64,000 bases of DNA, taken from Squalus acanthias (Eukaryota). The stretch spans positions 68,140,001 to 68,204,000 of the forward strand of contig CM059438.1 of NCBI GenBank assembly GCA_030390025.1, in the 5' to 3' direction. The notes beneath the pieces were generated by a model. That model saw only the letters and a program-made list of their open reading frames with translations. It was not told the origin of the DNA and ran no database searches. Of this stretch, positions 58,460 to 64,000 are shown one piece after another. The position numbers and the translations under genes are program-made. Within the stretch, counting starts at the first letter, position 1, and the number at the start of each line of letters is the position of its first letter.

Positions 58460-59485
58460 GCATCTGTCTTTATCAAGGAAGAAGATGCTGCCAAAGTCAT
58501 AGTGAAAGAGGAGGTAGTTGAGATACTGGATGGGCTGAAAATTGACAAAAAGGAGGTACTGGAAAGGTTGGCTTTAATTAAAGTAGATAAGTCACCAGGA
58601 CCAGATGGGATGCATCCTAAGATACTGAGGGAATTAAAAGTGGAATTTGCAGAGGAACTGGCAATAATCTTCCAATCCTCCTTAGATACAGGGGTGATGC
58701 GAGAGGACTGGAGAATTGCAAATGTTACACCCTTGTTCAAAAAAGGGTGTAAGGATAAACCCAGCAACTACAGGCCAATCAGCTTAAACTTTGTTGGTGG
58801 GAAAGCTTTTAGAAACAATAATCCAGGTTCAAATTAACAGTCACTTGGACAAGTGTGGACTAATTAAGGGAAGCCAGCACGGATTTGTTAAAGGCAAATC
58901 GTGTTTAACTGACTTGATTAAATTTTTTGATGAGGTAACAGAGAGGGTTGATGGGGGCAATGTGGTTGATGTGTTGTACATGGACTTCCAAAAGCCGTTT
59001 AGGGAGGGTGCAGAAAAGATTTACAAAAATGGTTCCAGGGATGAGGGACATCAGTTATGTGGATAGACTAGAGAAGTTGGGGTTGTTCTGCTTCGAGCAG
59101 AGAAGGTTGAGAGGAAATTTGATAGAGGTGTTCAAAATCATGAGGGGTCTAGACAGAGTAGATAGAGAGAAACTGTTCCCATTGACAGAAGAGTCGAGAA
59201 GCAGAGGACGCAGATTTAAGGTGATTGGCAAAAGATCCAAAGGCGACATGAGGAATAACTTTTTTACGCAGAGACTGGTTAGGATCTGGAATGCACTGCC
59301 TGAAAGGGTGGTGGAGGCAGATTCAATCATGGCTTTCAAAAGGGAATTGGGTAAGTACTTGAAGGAAAAAAAATGGCTGGGCCATGGGGAAAAGGGCAGG
59401 GGAGTGGGACTAGCTGAAGTGCTCTTGTAGAGAGCCGGCACGGGCTCGACGGGCCAAATGGCCTCCTTCTGTGCTATAACGATTT
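58460..59485 (+). mobile_element. Internally deleted CR1 inserted antisense in the older CR1
   Basis: KSPGPDG, NYRPIS, QHGF and YMDFQK joined directly to RVQKRFT; CR1 3' UTR. Confidence 0.9.
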
Positions 59486-61290
59486 TATTTCTTTATTCAT
59501 AACTACTGTGTCATTACTGGCTGGTTTTTCTTGCTTTTGAGCGAGATATATTTCTCCTGGACTCTATTGATCATCGTTTTAAATGTTTCCCACTGCTGGT
59601 CTATCTCTGTGTTTGTTGGTAAATTTTTCAAGTTTATTTTCCTTAGTTCCATTCTCATCCCCTTAAAATCAGCTATTTTCCAATTTATTACTCTGGTCTG
59701 TCTTACTTATGTCCTTTTCCATCTTTATCTTAAATCTTATTATGTTGTGATTGCTTTGCCTAGATGTTCCCCTAAGTTTACTTCTTTTATCTGTCCATGT
59801 TCATTTCCCATTTCTCGTTCCAGCAGTGCTCCTTCTCTTGCTAGGCTTTTGACATACTGGGTAAGAAAGGAATCCTGCACACATTGTAATAACTCTATTC
59901 CCTGTACCCCTTTCGCCTCCTCATCTTGCCAGTTAATGTGGGGTAGTTAAAATCTCCTGTGATTATTATTCTATGTACCTTACTCATTTGATTACCTATT
60001 TCTTCCTCCACCTCCTATCCACTATTAAGTGGTCTATAGTATACCCCTATTAGCGTGATCGACTCCTTCTCATCTTTTATTTCATTCCATAATGAATCTG
60101 TTTCTATACTTCTGTTAGTTATGTCTGTATTTTAAACTGGCATCATGTTATCTCTAATTATCTCTATGACCACACTGCCCCCCCCTTCTTCCTTCCCTAT
60201 CCTTTCTGATTATGTCATAACCTGCAATATTTAGTTGCCAGTCCTGTTCTTTATCTAGCCATGTTTCAGTAATTCCGACTACATCTGGTTCCTCGCTACG
60301 GATTATTGCCTCCAGTTCACCCATTTTATTTTGAATGCTGTGTACATTGCTGTACAGGCAGTTTAATTCGTCTTTAATAGTTGTTCCTTTTACTTCATTT
60401 TTAACAGTCCTTTTATACTTCTGCTTTCTAACTGTATTTGTTCCCTGACCATTTATGCTACCCTTGTTCCTTACCTTGGTCTGACCTTTATTCTCATCTC
60501 CTATTTCTTTTATCTTCAGACTTATGTTATTTTCACCAGATCCCTCCCCCAGCCACCGCCACCCCCTCCCCCGCCCCCCCCCTCCCCCGCACCCCCCCTG
60601 CCCCCCTTTCTTACTAGTTTAAGGTCCTATCGACAGCCCCATTTATCCTTTCTGCTAGGACACTGGTCCCTCTCTGGTTCAGGTGGAGCCCATCCCAGAG
60701 GTACAGCTCCTTCCTGTCCCAATACTGGTGCCAGTGTCCCATGAAATGGAACCTCTCCTTCCCATACCAGTCTTTCAGCCACCATTCACCTTCCTGGGCT
60801 GCCTATCCCTATGCCAATTAGCACATGGTGCGGGGAGTAATCCCGAGATTACCACCCTGTGAGGTCCTGTTTTTTAATTTAGTTCCTAACTTCTGATATT
60901 CTTGGAATGCGACCTACTCCATGGTGCCATGGTTAGCATTCTGGCTCTTCACCCCACAGCCTGCATTCTTATCCTCACAGCTAGCAAGTACATTGCACCT
61001 GCTGGACAGACCAGTGTCTGCGGGACCTCCTTCTCTATCTCCCCTTGGTTCCCCTTACCTTGCTGACTAACAATCACACTCTCTCCTTCCTCTGAGGTGT
61101 GACTGTTCACTGGAGAAAACTATCCAAAAATTCCCGCCCTTCCCTTATATGTCGGAGTGTCTCTCAGTCACATTCCATCTCAAAGGCTCTGAGCTGGACT
61201 GTCTCAAGCTAGAGACATTTATTGCAGGTGTGGAAATCTGGGATAGTCTCACTGTCCACAAACTCCCACATGTTACGGTCCTGAAACGTA

Positions 61291-63855
61291 GGCCGGAATT
61301 TTCTGGGGTCCGTGTGGGCACGATCGGAGGCGGATCAGATGGGAAATTTGAAAAAATTCAGAACGGATCAGGAACCCGCCGTCATCCCGCCCCCACGCTC
61401 CTTTCCTTTGGGCGTGTTTGCCGGTGCGGCAGCGACCCGACTGGCAGAGGCGGGCGAACTAATTCAAATCATTATCAACTTGTTGTCAGTCACTTAAGCG
61501 CCTTTTCCCCCCAACATTTCAAATTTTCCTGCATGCCCACAGGATTCACACAGCTCGGGAACCATGTCTGCCAACCTCAGGAGGGAGTTGAGTGGCCATT
61601 GATCCAGCTGATTACTTGACAGCATCAGATGTAATATAAAAGCTTGAACCTCATAGCTGATCACTTTCCTCAGACAGAAGCTGTTGCTGATTACATTGCC
61701 AGCACAGTTTTAACTTTCTGCAGACTGCAAAGTCTCCATCCACTGTCACCTCAATGGAGGAACCTCTCTCACCATTGACAGATTGCTTCTGTCAACTCTA
61801 CTTCACCTGCCATCTATTCCATCAGCATTTATACTGTCTCACCTTGGTCCTCAGAATCTGACCATGATGAGCCCCAACACCAGCAGCACCAACAACAACA
61901 CCACCAACCTTCTCTGCAATCACCTAATGCTGCACAGGACAGAGGGCATTAGCACCCGAGGACATTGTCGCCCGGGATGGCCTCATCATGGCCAGATTTA
62001 CTTCACTTGATGCTGTACACCCATATGGCTGCCACATGATGCGCCAGGTTGGCACCACCCCACAGCAACACCATAAACCATCCCCATAATGACCATGCCA
62101 TTCCTTTCACACTGACCCCCATTGCTGGAGGTACCGTTATGTCTCACCATTCACTGCAACTCACTAAGCCACTTCCAAAGGTGCACAAACATTTCTCCAA
62201 GATGGGAAAGTGGTGAAAATAAAGATTTTTATGGTTGAGATCACATTAATGGAAACTTGACATTAACATTGAATAAAACACCCAAGTGGCCACCCTTGTG
62301 AATCTACTTGTGTGCCAACTTTCTCTTCCGTGTACTTCTACGAGGTGCTACCCCTGTGGCTTCAGCAGAGGTAGAGGCAGCCTGCTCACTTCCCTGCTAC
62401 GACTGCTTAGACACTCTTGACGGATGTCCTCTGGGTTTTGGAGCCTCTAATGGCCCCGTCAAAGTCTGCTCCTCCTGCAACTGTACAGGGGCAGACTCGG
62501 CCATCGCAATCCCAGGAGGTACCTGGTGCTCTGACTGAGGGGGTGGCAATGGGGGAGAAGTGTGAGTGCTTTGAGAGGAGTCCACACTTCCATGTCCCCT
62601 CTCACCATCACCCCTCTCATGGGCCACCCACACTTCCCTGCTGACAAGCAGCTGGAGAGCTCTTTGCTGCACAGCAGTGGGGCCCTGAGGACCCAAGTCT
62701 ACACTGACATCCCTCCGAGAGAGGAGGTCTATGAGCCTCTCCCATCTATTCTCCATAGATAGCTTGTGCTCCTGTGAGTGGCACATTAGCTGCTCCATGC
62801 AGGTGGCTGTCCTTTCCATGGAAGAGTCTAAAGTCGCCATCGCCTGCGACAAAATGGTACTCATGTTGGAAATGGACTCCTCCATTCTCTGCACATTTGC
62901 AGACATCTTGGTGACAAAACCTGTCAGAGCCTCCTGCACTTCTTGCTACACCTCCAGGATCGCCCTCTTTCTGGATAGCTCCCTGAGGCTCAGTGTCTGC
63001 ATGCAGCTGAGCAGAGCTGGGAGCATCCTACGCCCTCCGACGAGGAGTCTCCACTGCTGTCCCTGTCTCCACCATCTGCTCTTGCTCACTTGTGACTTGT
63101 GAGACACCAGGTGACAACACTACTCTAGCTTGCGTGGGACCCACCGAGGTGTGCGTATGTGTGCTGGTGCTGGGTACGCTTATGTCTGGTGATGCTGCGC
63201 CCTCAGAGGCTGGAGGCTCCTCTGAAGAGTCGTCTTCCTCTTCCTCCTGTAAGTGTGGGGTAGGGGTGCTCTCGATGGACCTGTGGGGGGTTAAAGAGAT
63301 GAGTTAGATATGCCATGTGAAGAATGGGTACAGATACCATTATGCACATGATGATCATTCAGTGGCTGATGACATCAGTCCCATATGAGTGACCTGCTGT
63401 ATGCCATGTAGCTGTATGATATGTAATTCTGTCACTAGGTTGCTGAGATGTCCCCCTCTCTCCGTCTCCCACCTCCAGCTGCTCGGCGAATCCCGATACT
63501 TCCAACAGCAGCCTCCTCTGCTGCTGTTAAGGTGGCCAATGATGGAGGCCCACCTCCAGTTCTCTCCCACTCGCTCTCTTATTTTGGGCTCTCTTTTCCT
63601 GCAAGGAAGGAAAGAGAAGGTTGAGTGAGAGTGATGGAATGAGTGTAAGGAATGGATGGGTTACATCTTCAGAGGGTGACTATGATGGAGTGGGGTGGCA
63701 GTGCCAAGTTGCCTCCTTGTGTGTTGTTAGTTGGTATGATTGCATTAGGATGAGGCTGAGTGTGAGGGGTGACTAGTAAGATGGGGATGTGATAATGTAG
63801 ATAGAGAGAGAGGGATGGGTGGATATGTAAGGTATGTTGGTGTGAGTAGGGATGT
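61291..63855 (-). mobile_element. Second Myb-retaining Harbinger derivative (44039 family), continuing beyond the window
   Basis: TIR GGCCGGAATTTTCTGG preceded by GTA; colinear with the reverse complement of 44640-49457 minus the nested inserts. Confidence 0.9.
62304..63598 (-). pseudogene. Myb/SANT-like gene, exons 2-3
   Basis: TTGCAG|GAAAAGAGA acceptor at 63598; ORF 62397-62939 is homologous to 47156-48395. Confidence 0.8.
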
Positions 63856-64000
63856 TGTAAGAAATCATGGATTGAAAGAAATAATAGTCTGTTACGGGTT
63901 CCCTAGATCAGCAGTTTGCCTAAGTTGATGACACAGAAAGATTCCAGTCACGTCAGAAAAATAGCTGTACAGAGAGCTGAATTACAAGGTCAGAACACAA
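63856..64000. mobile_element. Probable LTR start inserted in Myb intron 1
   Basis: Homology to the sister intron stops abruptly at 63855 and the new sequence begins TGTAAG. Confidence 0.45.

Larger units (their letters stand above)
50760..61290 (-). mobile_element. Near-full-length old CR1 (ORF1 esterase, APE, RT, 3' UTR) fragmented by nested insertions
   Basis: In minus-strand order: WDGLHLN (~60690), CLYSN..GITETWL (~60360-60255), NRPIS (~58310), AVDVI|DLDFQKAFD, FADD (~53880), RTLVRPHL, NFFTQRVV. Confidence 0.8.

Noticed and set aside
60540..60610. C-rich tract (G-quadruplex potential), also at 9925-9965
   Set aside because: Low-complexity expansions inside retroelement spacers or UTRs, with no independent sign of function.

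Overview
Vertebrate genomic DNA, most likely a cartilaginous fish (inferred from the repeat families). I found no recognisable host protein-coding gene, rRNA, tRNA gene or CRISPR array. Most of the window is nested mobile elements: CR1, L2, RTE and a second CR1-group LINE; three SINE families; solo LTRs; two Penelope-like (PLE) families with minimal hammerhead ribozymes; and many PIF/Harbinger elements. The Harbinger set is one decayed two-gene element (54171-58114), two derivatives keeping only the Myb/SANT gene, and about 13 MITEs. AT-rich, motif-dense blocks at about 26.6-27.9, 32.8-34.5 and 49.6-50.7 kb look like conserved non-coding elements, suggesting a gene desert or giant intron. Highlights: (1) a young 3.2-kb Penelope fold-back with ~1.5-kb arms and a 15-bp TSD sits just downstream of the putative TATA box of a solo LTR, a candidate natural hairpin-RNA silencing locus; (2) Harbinger MITEs carry many consensus 5' splice sites and paired TGACAG motifs, have mostly ATN rather than TWA TSDs, and repeatedly hit CR1 3' tails; (3) a probable locally templated inverted insertion lies inside a CR1. 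All coordinates were read by eye; ends of decayed elements are approximate.
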